Of a DNA stretch of 64,000 nucleotides, positions 36,306 to 49,944 are shown piece by piece. The translations under genes were made by a program, and so were the position numbers. This DNA comes from Dimorphilus gyrociliatus (taxonomy: Eukaryota > Animalia > Annelida): NCBI GenBank assembly GCA_904063045.1, contig CAJFCJ010000049.1:103313-167312 (forward strand), given 5' to 3'. Each line of letters begins with the position of its first letter. The first letter of the stretch is position 1. The notes beneath the pieces are model-generated. The model saw only the letters and a program-made list of their open reading frames with translations. It searched no databases and was not told where the DNA came from.

Positions 36306-36315
36306 CTTTATATAG
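36306..36315 (-). promoter_or_regulatory. Candidate TATA box of the SUEL-PAN gene
   Basis: CTATATAAAG about 40 nt upstream of the ATG. Confidence 0.4.
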
Positions 36316-39300
36316 ACAGTTAGAGGAAAAAAATCATTAAAAACATGGTGCATACGCGCAAGAGGTTTTTGGATAAGAAATGACTTCCTATGATTGAACA
36401 TGTTTTTTCTAAAACATGATAATAATGAGATTTTATTAACCTTAAGAAAGTATTCGGATGTAAATGTATTTAAACTTTTATCATTAAGATCTCTGATATA
36501 GAGGATAAAAATATAGTTTTTTTTAAGCTAAATGAGAGAGCCAGACGATATAAAAGTTAAAAATAAAGACATGAAATAATAAAATAAAAATAAGTAATGA
36601 AGTCATTAAATATTGAATAAGTTAATAAACTTGTAAAAATTTTATGACAGTAGATAAATACTGTTGACTGAACTACTACCACAACTACCACCATCATAAA
36701 ATAATAAAACTTAAACAACTAAACATTTCTAATCTCACCATATGTCTGCAATATTTCTCTTATGTTTTTTTATATAATACGTGGCTAATATTTTAAATGA
36801 ACGGAAGGGAAGTTTGTATGAAAAAGCTTTTTTTTGTAAGATATAAAGAAAAACATAAAAAAAATTTAAAAACTAAATGTATGAATATGGCATTCTTTCG
36901 GCCATTTCAATATAGTCAACTCAGCTGAGTTCAAATACCATTACCTAAATCTTACCAAAAAAAGAAGATAAAATGGAATTTTTATTTTAAGAAGCAAAGT
37001 AAAAATAGAACTTTTCAGAATTTTCTGATCCTTTTTTTTTTTTTAGAAATTTTTTTTAATAAAAGATAATGATGTAAAAAAAGTCAAATATACAATGCTT
37101 ATGTTGGACTTGTCCTATTAAAATTGTTACATCTTATGTAACCTTCGAAATTGAACTATTATTTAGAAGAGGAAAACAATAGAAACATGAGCATATTTAG
37201 AACTTTTCTTTGTCTTAAAATGCTAGTTTTGTTTTTGTGAACATTGAAATTTGTGAACTATCAACCCTTAAAAGAGTATATAAACCCTACAAAATTACCA
37301 GTTGACAGTTCAGTTCTTCAACAGTTAGCTGGTTGTTTAAAATTGCCTGTTTAGTACTAGAAACTCATTTACTCCATATTCTTTGGATGAAATACATTAT
37401 TCAATGCTTCTCTTCAGAGCTACCTAGGATAGATTTTCTTTCTTTCTGAGAGAAAAGAGTTTAATACATACTTTTAGAATTTATCCCGGAAGATTGTCAA
37501 AGCAATATTTTTGCTATTGGAGCTGAACCCTAAAGCTAATTCAATCATACCCTTCCACTTTTCTTTTCCTAAATCTTAGTTCAGATCCATCGAACAACAA
37601 AACTTTATTTCTTTGCCGAAACTGGATTTAACTGCTTCAGAGCAGTCAAGCGACAAACCTTTTATGGTACAGGTAAATGGTAGGATGAAGAAAAATGACT
37701 GACGACAAAGTTTATATAACCTTAAATATTCCCTCATTTTTCGTGTATATTAGATTTGTTAAGTTTTTCATGTGGAGGATCAACAGAAAACGAACCCAAC
37801 TAGGATATTTGAAAGCAGTATTTCGGTTTGAAAAATGGTTTGCAGGAATAAAGCATCTATTGATTGTAGTAAGAGGGTTTCCAACTTAAGATTTGAGGGT
37901 AATAAAAAAGGTTATACAGAGACAAGGGAAGGGCTTTAAGTTGTCAACTCGGACAATAAATATCTATCTTCTTTTCATTGATTTATACAAGTTAAAAATG
38001 GGATCAACAGAATTCACCCTGTACAGTTACTTAAACTAAATAATATATTTAGACAAAACTTAATAAAATATATACTTTTTCTGTCACTTCTCTGGCCGAC
38101 TTCTGCCATATTCCTGGGTTGGTAGTGGAAGAGTTTTGCCTATTTCTGGGCGATTTCTGGTCTGGGCGACTTCTGTCCTGGGCGGCTTCTACCGTATTCG
38201 TCAAAATTGATCTCTTTATCTCTTTAGATATCAGTTCATAAGGGGTTACAGATAGGATATAAAGAGAGCATTCACCTTAAATAGATTCTATAACCAATCT
38301 TTTGATGAATACCTTTCTTCAAATGGTTTTTCAGGATAAATGTTGTACAACTTAAAACTCTTAAGCAATCTCTACTAATAATGCTTGAAACACGGTGTTT
38401 AAATAGAAATTATACTCAAAGTAGAAGTATATTTAATTTGACATTGTTAAGTGAAATTCGGTCTATAAGAAAATTTTAGAATAGAATAAACAACAATCAA
38501 AGACGGTATCAATTCGGAAAATTTTTTGTAAGTTTTCTATTAATGAGATTAATTTTTGATGGCCCGGATTCAAAACATAAATCAAAGTAGAAATTTTACG
38601 AATTATTCAGGATTTTCAAAAAATCACTGATATAATCATCACAAGGGAGGGATATATCTGCTCAGAATGAGACTTACTTGTTTCTTACGTGTCCATTTGT
38701 TGAAAGGTCTGTTGTACTTTTCACAAGCATCTCAGCAGTCTGTTCGTCAAAGTCGAAACCATTTTCTTCAACACATGAATATTGCTTGTATTTGAAATTT
38801 TTGTTCTAGGTATTGTTAGTGAATTATCTGTGACATTTTGAAATATTCTTTGACCTTTACCAAAATCAATAAATACGTTTTCTTTTTTCAATCTGAGGAT
38901 CCCATATTCCATCAATCTGTTGTATCAGGGGTTGCTACTATATTTATGACTCAGTACAAAAAATGAATGTATTGGACGCTGAATATTTTTGTAAAAAGAA
39001 AATTTAACATTTTCCGACTATCCTACACTAAACAAAAACTTTGTTATTTATTTTTTATCATATATAACACATATTCTTTATGAAGATAAAGATAATTTGG
39101 ACAGTACAGACACAGACATACATATAGAAAATGGTAGTGAAAAAAAACAAGAGAAAAATTCCAGAGTAATACAGCAGATTATTAAGAAAATGATAGCAGA
39201 CGGTGGAATTTACCAAAAGATGTTAGGATTATTGTAGGATCAATGGGGCATTTTGTCATACCACCATATAAGTTTGTTAATTGTAGGATGCCTTAAAAAG

Positions 39301-39987
39301 TTTTTAAACAGAGAAAGGTAGAAAAAAATAGAAAATATAAATTTCTCCACATATCACATATATTATTTAAAAAGGCTAAGGAGGTAAAACTTTTTAAAAT
39401 CGCCAAAATCTTCTATTGCAAAAAAAACATTAATCTGTGATTGCATATTTTATATAATGTAAAAGTTCTATTGAAAACATCAGTAAATCAGTTCTAGTTA
39501 AATATATAATAAATATATAAAAAATCTTGTCATTAAAATTATCATTAGTTATATTAAACTAATCCAGTTAAATTTATTCCTGAAATGATTTATTGGATTT
39601 ACAATCATAGCCTAATGTAAATTAACAGTAACAAAAGAAATAACATCTTCTTTTACCTATTTAGAAAATATTTACATTTACAAATTATAATTCCAAGTCT
39701 CAGTATCACACAAACAAAATCATATACTTATATTTGCATGAATTTGTAATAAACAATTCTAATCCAAATCATTAATATTACATTACTTTTTCATATATTC
39801 TAAAAGCTTTTTCAAAAGCCGAAATATCACTACACAAAAATATTTTCGTCTAAAGTTCTTAATAACAGCCATATGGAACAAACATTGTACTGTTACAATA
39901 AAATAGACCATATATGGATTTTATAAATAATCTAATCATTTTACTAATAATCTAAAAAGGAAAGAACTTTCCAACAACTTATACTTA

Positions 39988-40800
39988 ACCGAGGGCGACT
40001 GTGTGACAAGACACTATCGTTCTATAGTTTGTCAAAGGATGCAGGGTTTACAAAGACAATTTCTAGATTGGTCCTTCAATTTTCAGAAAAGATAATAGTC
40101 TGATGGAGTGAGATCTGGGCTGTAGGCTGGATGAGGCAGCATTACCCATCCAGTTGTTTCATGATATTGGCTTGTTTGTAGGCTGGTATGAGATCTGGCC
40201 TTGTCTTGCAAAAAAATCACCTCTCTGCCTGATTCTATTTATTCTTTGTTTTAATTGCTTTAAAATATTGATGTAAATTTCTGAAATTATTCAAATATAT
40301 GAATTTAGAAATTCCAGGTGAATAAGCATCCCTATCCCAAAAGATACATGCCACTAGTTTGTCTGCCTACCTACCTATCTTAACTATCTTTTTGATAGTT
40401 TTATATGCTATTCTAAAGAAGCTCTTTTAGTTAATGGTTCGTGATAAAATACCCATGCTTCATCTACTGTAACAATTTTTGACAAAAAACTCTCCTTCTT
40501 CACCATACTTTTTCTAGGAAATCTGTAGACCTTTCCATTCTTATGTCTTTCTTATCCCAAGTAAGTTGGTAGGGATCTGTATCAATCTTTTTCAATCCAA
40601 GACTTGCAATCAAACCTTCAAAAACTGAATGGCTTATATACGATGTTTGAAAATATCTCAGTCTATCTTATTCTCCTATTATCTCTGATTAGAGCCATAA
40701 CTCTGTCCTTATTTTCATTGTTACTGGGCATCCTGATCTGTCTTCATCAAGAATATTTGTTCTTCCTCTTGGAAAGTTTTGTATAAAAATTTAGTTCAAA
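39988..40800 (-). mobile_element. Decayed mariner transposon
   Basis: DEDRSGCP, IVTVDEAWVFYHEP, LQDKARSH and HPAYSPDLTPSDYYLF. CGAGGG-type end at ~39990. Confidence 0.9.
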
Positions 40801-41525
40801 AAAAGGATGGTTTAAAGATGTTGAAAAATTTTTTATTTATATTAGAACTTCTCTTCTGGCAATTCAGCATTATCATATCAATAATTTTTCATTTGATAAA
40901 CATGTAGATTGTATATTTGACCGTTTTTATATTCTACCTTAATAATGATATTCAATTGATTGAGTTAGTAAATTTAGCATCAGCATATAAGGAGGAAGTA
41001 TATCTGATTAATGCATGTTAAGAAGAACAGTATTGTGTATACAATACTGTTGAATAATGAATATAATCTAAACTTAGAATTTAAGCATAATTGATAATTA
41101 ATTGAACTAGTTTTAGTTCAAAATCATAAATTTATGGATTAATAAATTGTAATATTAATGCTAGGTTGCAAATAACAATATTCTGTATATAATTTAATAG
41201 GTTTTATTACTGCATAATGTGTATGCATTGCCCTACGCGAAACTAGGTCAATACTGCTTATCTCTTTCAGTGCTATCTGCATAGTACAATACTGGTTCAA
41301 TACTACTTCTCTATTGTAGGGTAAGAAGAAGAGGTTCATTAAAAAAGAGTCACTTTGTATTTTATTAAGTATTTTACTTTAAATCTACCTTCAGACCCAG
41401 TTTTACAATTTATAAACAGAGATAGTGATAATATTTTATAAAAATATACTAATAATACTTTTAGATTTTGTTAATATTTTGATGACTATCCGTATTTGAA
41501 AGACATAGTTTTAGTCTTTTTTTAA

Positions 41526-41725
41526 GAGTGAGGATGCAAACATATCTTCGGGGGATTGAAGCCTACCTGATATCTGAATTTAAGTTTAATATCTTTGTTA
41601 TTTATATTCCCTAACCGTAAACTCGAGCCCCTCTAACAATAAATTCATCCATATTTTCAAACTAACCCTTTCCTTAAATGTAATATTGAAATATTTGCTA
41701 ACAGGTATGTTCGTATATCACAAGT
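41526..41725 (+). mobile_element. Degenerate copy of the 49718-49924 MITE
   Basis: Shares ttgaagcctacc..attccctaacc..gagcccctctaacaataaattcatcca..tttgctaacaggta.gttcg with 49718-49924. Confidence 0.75.
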
Positions 41726-42261
41726 TTTTATTAGGATTTAGGTCTTTTGCAGTACTTTCATCCATTAGATATGTGTCTTTTTTTAGGGGTTTGTTACCAT
41801 ACAGCCTCTCAGGTTATGTTTTCTTAGAATACTCTTGCATGTTGAGAAAGATATAACTGGTGCAAGATTAGAGACTGATAAGATTTTTTTCCTCCCCCGA
41901 AAAAATTTCTGCTTGATATTAGGCATAATATCCTCTCATCTTGCTCATTTAATTTGTGTTATCTGCCTTGCTTGGTCATACTTTAGGTTCATCTTTAAGT
42001 GCCACTTAAGGTTTGCCCAAGTGGAGATTTCCTTCTACCGTTTCAATATTAGACACTAGTTTGGTACTTGGAAACCTGCTATTACAAACTACCTACTTTG
42101 CTATTGAACTTTTAGATTGTTACAAGCTTAAGTATTTTATTATAAATAAAACATTTGAATTAACACTTTCATTAAAGATTCGAGTAGAACCAGTAGTGTT
42201 GTAACTTGCATCCGCATAAATTAGCTCAGCAAGAGCAGTACAATGTTATAAAAATTATTTG

Positions 42262-42385
42262 ATACTCATTTAAAAACATCACTTATAAAATTTCCATTTT
42301 TCAGCATTCATTAAAGGATATATTACATTTTTGAGAAGTTATTGCCTCTATTCAAAAAATCCTTTTAATTTTAAAGTAACAATAC
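42262..42385 (-). repeat. Inverted-repeat partner of 44622-44745
   Basis: The reverse complement matches tgttacttta.aattaaaaggattttttgaata.aggcaataactt..caaaaa.gtaatatatc.tttaatgaatgct. Confidence 0.7.
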
Positions 42386-43329
42386 GTCAACAACAAATTT
42401 TTAAAAGCATTTTAGATGAAATTTGTAGAAAGTATTGTGATATTATAGAGAAGAATTTATCCATTTTGTACAAACTTTAATGTAGTTCAAATGTTTTAAA
42501 TTCTATTAAGAAGTAGCCAAGACTTGATCAAGTTGTGATTTGGAATCAATATTGTGTGTTTGATTGCTTTTTAAATTATAAAATACATTTTGAAAAAAAG
42601 CCTTTTTGAAATATTTTTTATCTCTTCATTTATGCAAGAAAACGTTATATGAAATAAGATTTGGAAAGTATTGAAAAAATGATCGAAAAAAGGTTGAATT
42701 TGACTATTCTTAAGTTTTGGATTAGTTCTAAATTCTCACAATCAGTGATTGAAATTATTGTTACCAAAATCATTACATCAAGTGAAAGATTTAATCACAT
42801 GATATGTAGGATTTTGAGATTGAATGCTTCTTCTTAGCCGATGGCCTAAATATATCCAACCTCATTCAAAAAAAAAACAAAGCTACTATCAATAAAATTT
42901 TAACTATTTCTAACTATACAAACTCTTTAGTTTGTCAAATTTAGAGAATATTTTTATAGATATAAAATTTATAATTGTTGAGATGGTAACCAATGATCTT
43001 TGTGTATGTGTTTTTTTTATATAAATATTGTGTTAGAATGTTGAAAGTTAAATGAAAATTCATATAATTTTTTCTTACTTACGTTCTTTATCATATGAAT
43101 GATATTTGATATCATTATGGATATCTGTTAAATCCTTTTTATTCTTTGAAAACAGAAAACATTTCATAACATCAATTCCCATTGTAAATGATCTGAAAAT
43201 GATTATTCATTACTTCTATTTTTTCTCTTAATTTTAAAACAAATGTTTTTTTTACTTGCAATCTGACAAACTATTACAAGATTTTTTACAAATGCTATAA
43301 TTTGCAAAAAGCTTTAAGAAATAAGATTC

Positions 43330-44450
43330 TCCGAAATCAGTTAGCTCTGTTTTTATATAGGTCCAATCTAATAAATTTTAAAAAAATTAGCAAATTTTTA
43401 TTTTAATAAGAGAATGTAACCTTCTTCAATAGCTGGTTCTGAAAACAAAGAGTATTAGTTTGCCAGAATAATGACATTTATCATTTTAGTCATAAAATAA
43501 AGTTTGCTATGAAAATAAACTATAATACCACAGTTAGTTGGTTTGTCATAATATGAATATTGTGAATGAGATCCATAAGAACCTTCATTCTTTTCTTTGT
43601 TGCATAACAAACATTGCAAATTTGTTGGATCATTGGTAAAACCGCTGTAAAATTAAATTTAAATAAAAAGAAAATTATTTTAAAAAGACAAAAAGAAAAT
43701 GAAAACAATTTACTTGCAAATTTCAATGGTATTACATATTTCTTCACAATTGTAGATGCCTTTGGTATAAACTGTAGCCAAATAACCTCCCGTCAAATAT
43801 TTATTAGGTTCACTGACATAGTTGCAATCTAAATAAAAAACAATTGGTGTTAAATATTCCAAAAAATAGTTCACAATATTTCTTTAAATACTTGAAAAAT
43901 TGGCTAATTTGAATTGGTGACTAAAAAGTATATATGATATTAAGAATTGAATCATGCTACTCTTCTTCATTACTGTCATTGTTCAGAATGAATGTTTAAT
44001 GCTTCTATTTTCTCTGCTAAAATAGTAAAATATGCAAAGTTTTCTTCTAAAAGAACATGCTAATGACATCGGTTTATAATAAAATTTCTATTAAAAGATA
44101 GTGAAGCGGTAAGACAATAGTAGATTAATATATTCACATATATAACAATAGATTTTTCCCCACAACGTCAGCCAAATTCCAAGACAACCATTATAACTTG
44201 TTGATTTATTTTTGTCATTATAATATAAATGTGATGTCAATGTTGGAAGCTTAATATAAAATCCTTTTGAAAGTCAATTGCTGACTCCTGCTTAGTGTCT
44301 TGCTATTCATCATTAAATTATATAAAGCTGATTTTTAAAAGCAGATGTAAATGTCAATGGTTTAGGCATTCATAATTAGTGAAGGAGAAAGACAATAAAC
44401 TAAATTAATGTAGTCGTGATATGTATAAAAATAAAACAATAGATTGTCTA
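43330..44450 (-). mobile_element. Highly degraded LINE RT region
   Basis: Scattered RT-like pieces in the expected order (NQLY..M.S.TL...Q, FFKYL, IGP.*..L..SF). Many stops. Confidence 0.4.
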
Positions 44451-44621
44451 TGATAAACACTAAAATGACCTTTATAATTTATTGATAGTTTTACTTTTGT
44501 CATAATATTTGAAAACATAAATTTAATACTGAATAGACTTAGGCTCAATGATTGTACAGACTGTCTTATTGACAGTATTCTCACCTTGTCTTATATCTGT
44601 TGAGAAGAGGCTAATTCTTAC

Positions 44622-44745
44622 GTAATGTTACTTTATAATTAAAAGGATTTTTTTGAATAAAGGCAATAACTTCCCAAAAACGTAATATATCTTTTAATGA
44701 ATGCTCAAAATGAAAAGTTTAGAAGTAATGTTTTTAAATGAATAT
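44622..44745 (+). repeat. Inverted-repeat partner of 42262-42385
   Basis: See the 42262-42385 entry. Confidence 0.7.
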
Positions 44746-44748
44746 TAT

Positions 44749-44905
44749 ACAGTACCAATAACCTTTTTAGCCACCTTGCTATTTTCTATAATAATTCAGA
44801 ATTTTTTTGTTAACATTAATTTTACTCTCCAATAATATGACATGGCAATTGTTACTTTGTAATCAATATATTCAACTAATTAAATCTTTGCATTTCACTC
44901 TAAGA
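44749..44905 (+). mobile_element. Isolated degenerate TIR related to the 57211-58859 Tc1
   Basis: TA-CAGTAC...taacattaattttac..gacatggcaattgt.actttgtaatcaa.atattcaa.taattaaa matches that element's TIR. Confidence 0.7.
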
Positions 44906-45919
44906 CATGGTTTGGCAATCTATGTTTAAATATGCCCACGAATTCTCAATTACATTTAATTCCGGGCTTCTAGACGGACCAGTCTACTAGAACTGATTTG
45001 AATTCGTAACATCAAATGGCTTATTGTATGCAACTTTTTGGTACGAAAATTAAACAATTGTTTTTAAAAACAAAGACTATTAGATATAAAGATGGTTGCT
45101 GTTTTGGAAAAAGAACAGAGAAAAGAAAGACTAAAAAGAAGATAAGTGAACCATTAAGAAAATGACATATGGCGCCATCTTATGTGAAAAGTGGTGAAAA
45201 GTGTTTTTCTCTAGTATTCTAGAGATTTTCTTTCTTTCAGAAAATAAATTTACCTCAATAAGATGTCATTAAAAACAATACAATTTGTTTTATATAAATC
45301 ACAATATATATACTAATATATAGATAAACTAATAATGGAAATTATTGAAAATTTCATATTTTTTCAAAACTATATTTACTAATCAATATGGAACTAATAT
45401 TAAAAAACTAGAAATATTTAATTGTTTCTTATTTCTTTGTGACATACAAGGAATAGTGAGAAAATCTAATGGTTTATTTTTAACAAATTGTTTATTTTAA
45501 ACAGAAGTAGAAGGAAAAATATAAGAACTCTGGTTTTTTGTTTGAGAATAGAATATATTTACAATAGCTTTCTGTTTCCATTATTTGAAAAGCTTCCTAT
45601 AAAAATAGTTTATTTAATGCATTATTTTAACAGTAGGAAATTGTTACATTTTTCTAATTGATGCAACATTACTCTTTTATTGACAGGAAATGACTCATCA
45701 AAAAAATTAACACTTGGTACCATGATAAAGAATAATCGATTAGACAGAAAAAGGCAGCATTCTTTCAAGAATTGATTTAAATACAATGACAATCTTTCTG
45801 CAGTTTAACATAACGATTATTCAATAATCGTTAAGGGAAGCTTTATCGATAATTAATAATATCTTGATTATTTTTGTCTGTTAAGTAAGTATAAACTTTC
45901 TACACTTAGTTATTGAATC

Positions 45920-48110
45920 ATGAAGAGTTTGCATTGCAAAAGGTTTATTACCTGTCTCTTACTTCCAAGTAATTATTTTGTATTTTACATTCAAAAATTC
46001 TGTTTGAATGTCTTACTTGAATAACTTTTTACTTCTATTTCTATTATGTAGTTATTCCATTAGTAATTGGAGAAGATGATATTGCTAGGAACAAATTAAC
46101 ATTTCAAAGTACTACAACATATCCTTTTATTGCAAGTTTGGCTACTGATAGTACTATTGAAATAAATGATGTCTGTAATTCAAACCAATGAAAGTTTTCT
46201 CTTAACTATATTAAATATTGTTTTCCAGTTTCTAAAATGCTCCAAAACTAATCAGACTAAAGGTAGAGCCTGGTGGACAGCTGATCTTGAGGAAATATAT
46301 ACTGCAACAAAAGTTTGCATCTTGAATGTAAATAGTCCAAGTGGTTTGTAAAATTTTTAATTATGAACAAATAAAAATCAAAATCACTAATTTAATTAAT
46401 TTATTTTAGCTGTTGACCTGAAAATTTTCAAGATCAAAGTTTCTAATTATCCACTTGAAGGAGCTGTTTGTTCAACTGTGACAAATTCAGTTATCACACC
46501 AACTTCAACTGCATCAAGCCAATATAGTTGTTATTCTTGCGGAACACCACTGGATGGATCATTTATTGACATTGAAGATCAGGATGAGGCTGTTAATTTG
46601 CATTTTTGCGATATTAAAGTTACTGGAACATATAAAAAGAAGCGAGGTTATTCAAAATATTTTTAATAAAACTTTAAATCGAAAACTGGTAAACAGTTTT
46701 TTATAGATTATTCAGCTTTAAATGTCCAATCTACATACCTCTTTGGCTCTGAATATTCGACTCCTCAAACAGATTACAATAAAACTATTACCTAACCTAA
46801 CCCTAACCCTAACGACTATATTACCTATTTTGAAACAAAACTTTTGTTTGCTAAGCCAAAGCTGGTCATAAGATTACCAACGTCTATAAAAATATTTGCC
46901 ATTTTGTTGATAGCAAACCAAGGTGATAAAGAATTATATAGTTTCTCTTCAATCCTTCTACAAAAATTATTATTTTCAGATAGTTCAAATGCAATGAAAC
47001 TTACTTTTGTTCATGTTAGTTATATCCCTAATACAATGAATGCTCTTCCCAATGAAATTTGTTTTAGATATCATACACCTCCTGTAAATGGATTTTTTGA
47101 AAGTGTATTCAGAAAATGTGATAATGTTATAACTGGTAGATATATAATAAATGGAGCAGACCCAGGATTTCCTGTCAAATTCCAACTATCAGAATTAGTT
47201 ATCTATGGACAAGAAGTAAAACATGTTGATAAATATGATAATAATATACAAAGAAAGGTTGAATTTCTTTAATTCTTATTGTTTTCTTTTAGTTATGAGT
47301 TTCTCTCATAAAAATAAAATTGTAAAATACGAAAAAGATGGTTTGGTTGTGTCAGATGCTTCATTCTTGACAAATAATGTATATTATGGCCCCGTATCTG
47401 TACTCATTACTGGCTCAAAGTGGAAAATTTTATTCAACAAATTATTAGTGAACACTCTCTGTTTGACAAGTAAGTAATAATCAAATTGAATATGAATTGA
47501 AAGATTAAATCCACTTTTCAATTATTTTTAAAGTGAATCACGGGGCGACTTTAAAACCAAACCCTACTTTTCAGATAACAAATTTAATTACAAATAATTC
47601 TGCTATACAATCATTTGTAGGAAATTTGGGATCAATTAATACGTTGTGCAAAACTTTTCAAACGTCTATGTTAGATAGTATAACAATCAATTTTCCAGGA
47701 GTTCATGTCCTATTGGAAATTGATATTTTTGGCAAAACAGAAATGACTTATGATTGTTTGTATTTGTTAAATATTTCAAATATTTTAATTCGATTACAAG
47801 ACAATGTTTTTTTTCAGATTCAAATGTTTGTACAAAATCTGCCAGAGAAATTTCTTTAGAAAACAATGCTGTATGGCCACAAGATTTGCCCTACATTGTT
47901 GAAATTCTTGGTGAGAGTATCAACAGAGATATCTTTGTGACAACAGTTGTAAATTTGAATTCAAAGAAGAAAAATCGAATTTGTATCTATCAAGATAGTT
48001 TCTCTTCTTCAGAAAATGCAATTTATATTTGTGAATCATTTGACGAAAAACTTCTTGTTGCACCTTTCGAAAATAGAAATAATATCACAAAAATTAACTT
48101 TTACAAATAA
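45920..48110 (+). pseudogene. Secreted multi-domain FTP/discoidin-like gene, disrupted in exon 5
   Basis: Signal peptide MKSLHCKRFITCLLLPIIPLVIG. FTP-like DIARNKLTFQSTT..ASLATD..CSKT..AWWTADLEEIY..VCILN..FKIKV..C..LHFCDIKVTG across in-frame exons. A TAA inside a telomere-like insertion at 46791-46813. A later exon phase mismatch. Confidence 0.7.
46791..46813 (-). repeat. Short interstitial TTAGG(G)-type repeat inside an exon
   Basis: cctaacctaaccctaaccctaac, read directly from sequence. Confidence 0.9.
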
Positions 48111-48229
48111 ACTAAAACGGGCAATGGTAGATTGCTGAATTGCAGATACATAACCATGTTTTGTGAGATTTATATGAAAAAGCCACAAAGTGATCATTGA
48201 CAGCAAACAAGTACGCATAGAAATATTCC

Positions 48230-48640
48230 ATTGTGACTGGGTATGGTCTGCCCCATTTTTCCTTATAAATTTGCACCTCTGAGCTTGATTTTATCAGTTA
48301 TTAAGATCTTACCTCCCACTTTTACCCTCCATCCTCCTCCTGATCTCTTATTCTGATGAAATAACTCCAGAACGCATGTCAAACTGTAGTAAATTTCTCC
48401 CATTTTGAATCCACTCTTACCTTCTCCATCTTTGATTTATCAAACACTTATAGAGTTAAGGTTTTGCTAAATACTTGGCTGCCCATACTAAAATCTCGCC
48501 CTGGTAGGAGCCATTGATGCCATAAATCGCCATCTGGTATCTATTACCAATATTTTAGCCGTTGCCTGAGGTGTTATCACTCATGATTATTACTGAGTGA
48601 TGTCCTCTTGCCCATTTTTACATCTTTTCACTGGACACAA
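48230..48640 (-). mobile_element. Possible BEL/Pao integrase C-terminal remnant
   Basis: WRFMASMAP.., FWSY.., and VKVGGKILITD resemble W.F.PP.AP, FW..W and +VG..VL+.D. Confidence 0.4.
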
Positions 48641-49717
48641 GAAGTTTTCCCTTAAATTAAGACGTTTTATTAATGAAATTATTAGAAAACGTATTTTTTG
48701 CATAATATAATTCTTTTAGAAGTTTGGTTCTTCTTTTGACTGAAAAGATAATATGATCTATATGAAGCAACAAACAATACATTTGCACTGCTAAAAAATG
48801 AAGCAACTGACAAAGCAAAATATTTGGATTTGCACAGTTATGTTAAATCAAATTGAGTAATAATGACAAGTTGAAAACCAATAAATATTTTGTTTAGCCA
48901 TTTGATTTCAAGAGTTATTTGTTTTCCTAGACTACTCACCCAAACAATAACTCTTTGTTTCAAATAATAAATTAATAATAGTAAGTTTAATTTATTAACA
49001 AGACTAACATTATAGAGTTTTTTGAATTGTATTATGTTAGTCATAATTCTACTTTGATTTAAATATTAAATTAAGCACAAATAGGATTATCTTGCTAATA
49101 CTGATATATAAATCATATTCGGTTATATTGACCATACAGTATTGTTCAGTAGACATTTAATATACTTTCAAACATTTTCAAAATGTTATGCAAATTGTTA
49201 CAAATGAAAGTTTTGAAAAATTCCCTTACATTCTATTTTCATTTTTAATATTATAATAATTAGGGGATATTCTATTAAATTCAGTTGCATCAGCTTTGAT
49301 CGTAGATACGATGGACTGCAATTTAGTAGCCAAAAAATAACTACCTAAAAAGGTTACTTAAAATGTATAACATGATATGCCATATAGTTTGAAAATTCCC
49401 AACAAAATCTGCTTCAGTTAAAATTCAAGATGTAAAAGTTAAGTTCAAGAACAAAAGATGAAAATATTTGAAAAACCTCTATTTAGTTGAAAGCGCCATT
49501 AGTTGAATTATTATAAATCTTAATAAATGTTACTGTATTAATAAATGTTTCTTTTTGACTCTTTAATGCCTTTTTCTTGTTCACAAATAAATTATTAAAA
49601 AAAAAAAAGAAATATGAGAAAAATTCACTCAGCTGTTTTGTTTTTTAATTGTGTTTCTCTTGTTAATGTGCATAATGATATTGAATGTTTAATGAGTTAA
49701 AATGGAAGAGAGATAAC

Positions 49718-49924
49718 GGATGGGGGTGCGAACGTACCCATGGCGGGTTGAAGCCTACCTTAATATATCTGAAATTGAGTGTAATATCTGTGTTTTTTAT
49801 ATTCCCTAACCCTAAATTGGAGCCCCTCTAACAATAAATTCATCCAAATATTAAAACTAACCCTTTCCTAAAATGTTTTCATGGTTGGAAATATTTGCTA
49901 ACAGGTACGTTCGCACCCGACCCC
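49718..49924 (+). mobile_element. 207-bp MITE with 21-bp TIRs and a 9-bp TSD (Mutator-type)
   Basis: TIRs GGATGGGGGTGCGAACGTACC and GGGGTCGGGTGCGAACGTACC (reverse strand). Perfect AGAGATAAC at 49709-49717 and 49925-49933. Confidence 0.9.
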
Positions 49925-49944
49925 AGAGATAACTATACTTACAA

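Noticed and set aside
37280-37900. Possible piggyBac-like or other transposase debris
   Set aside because: Only 3-4 residue resemblances, no catalytic motif and no TTAA/TIR structure.
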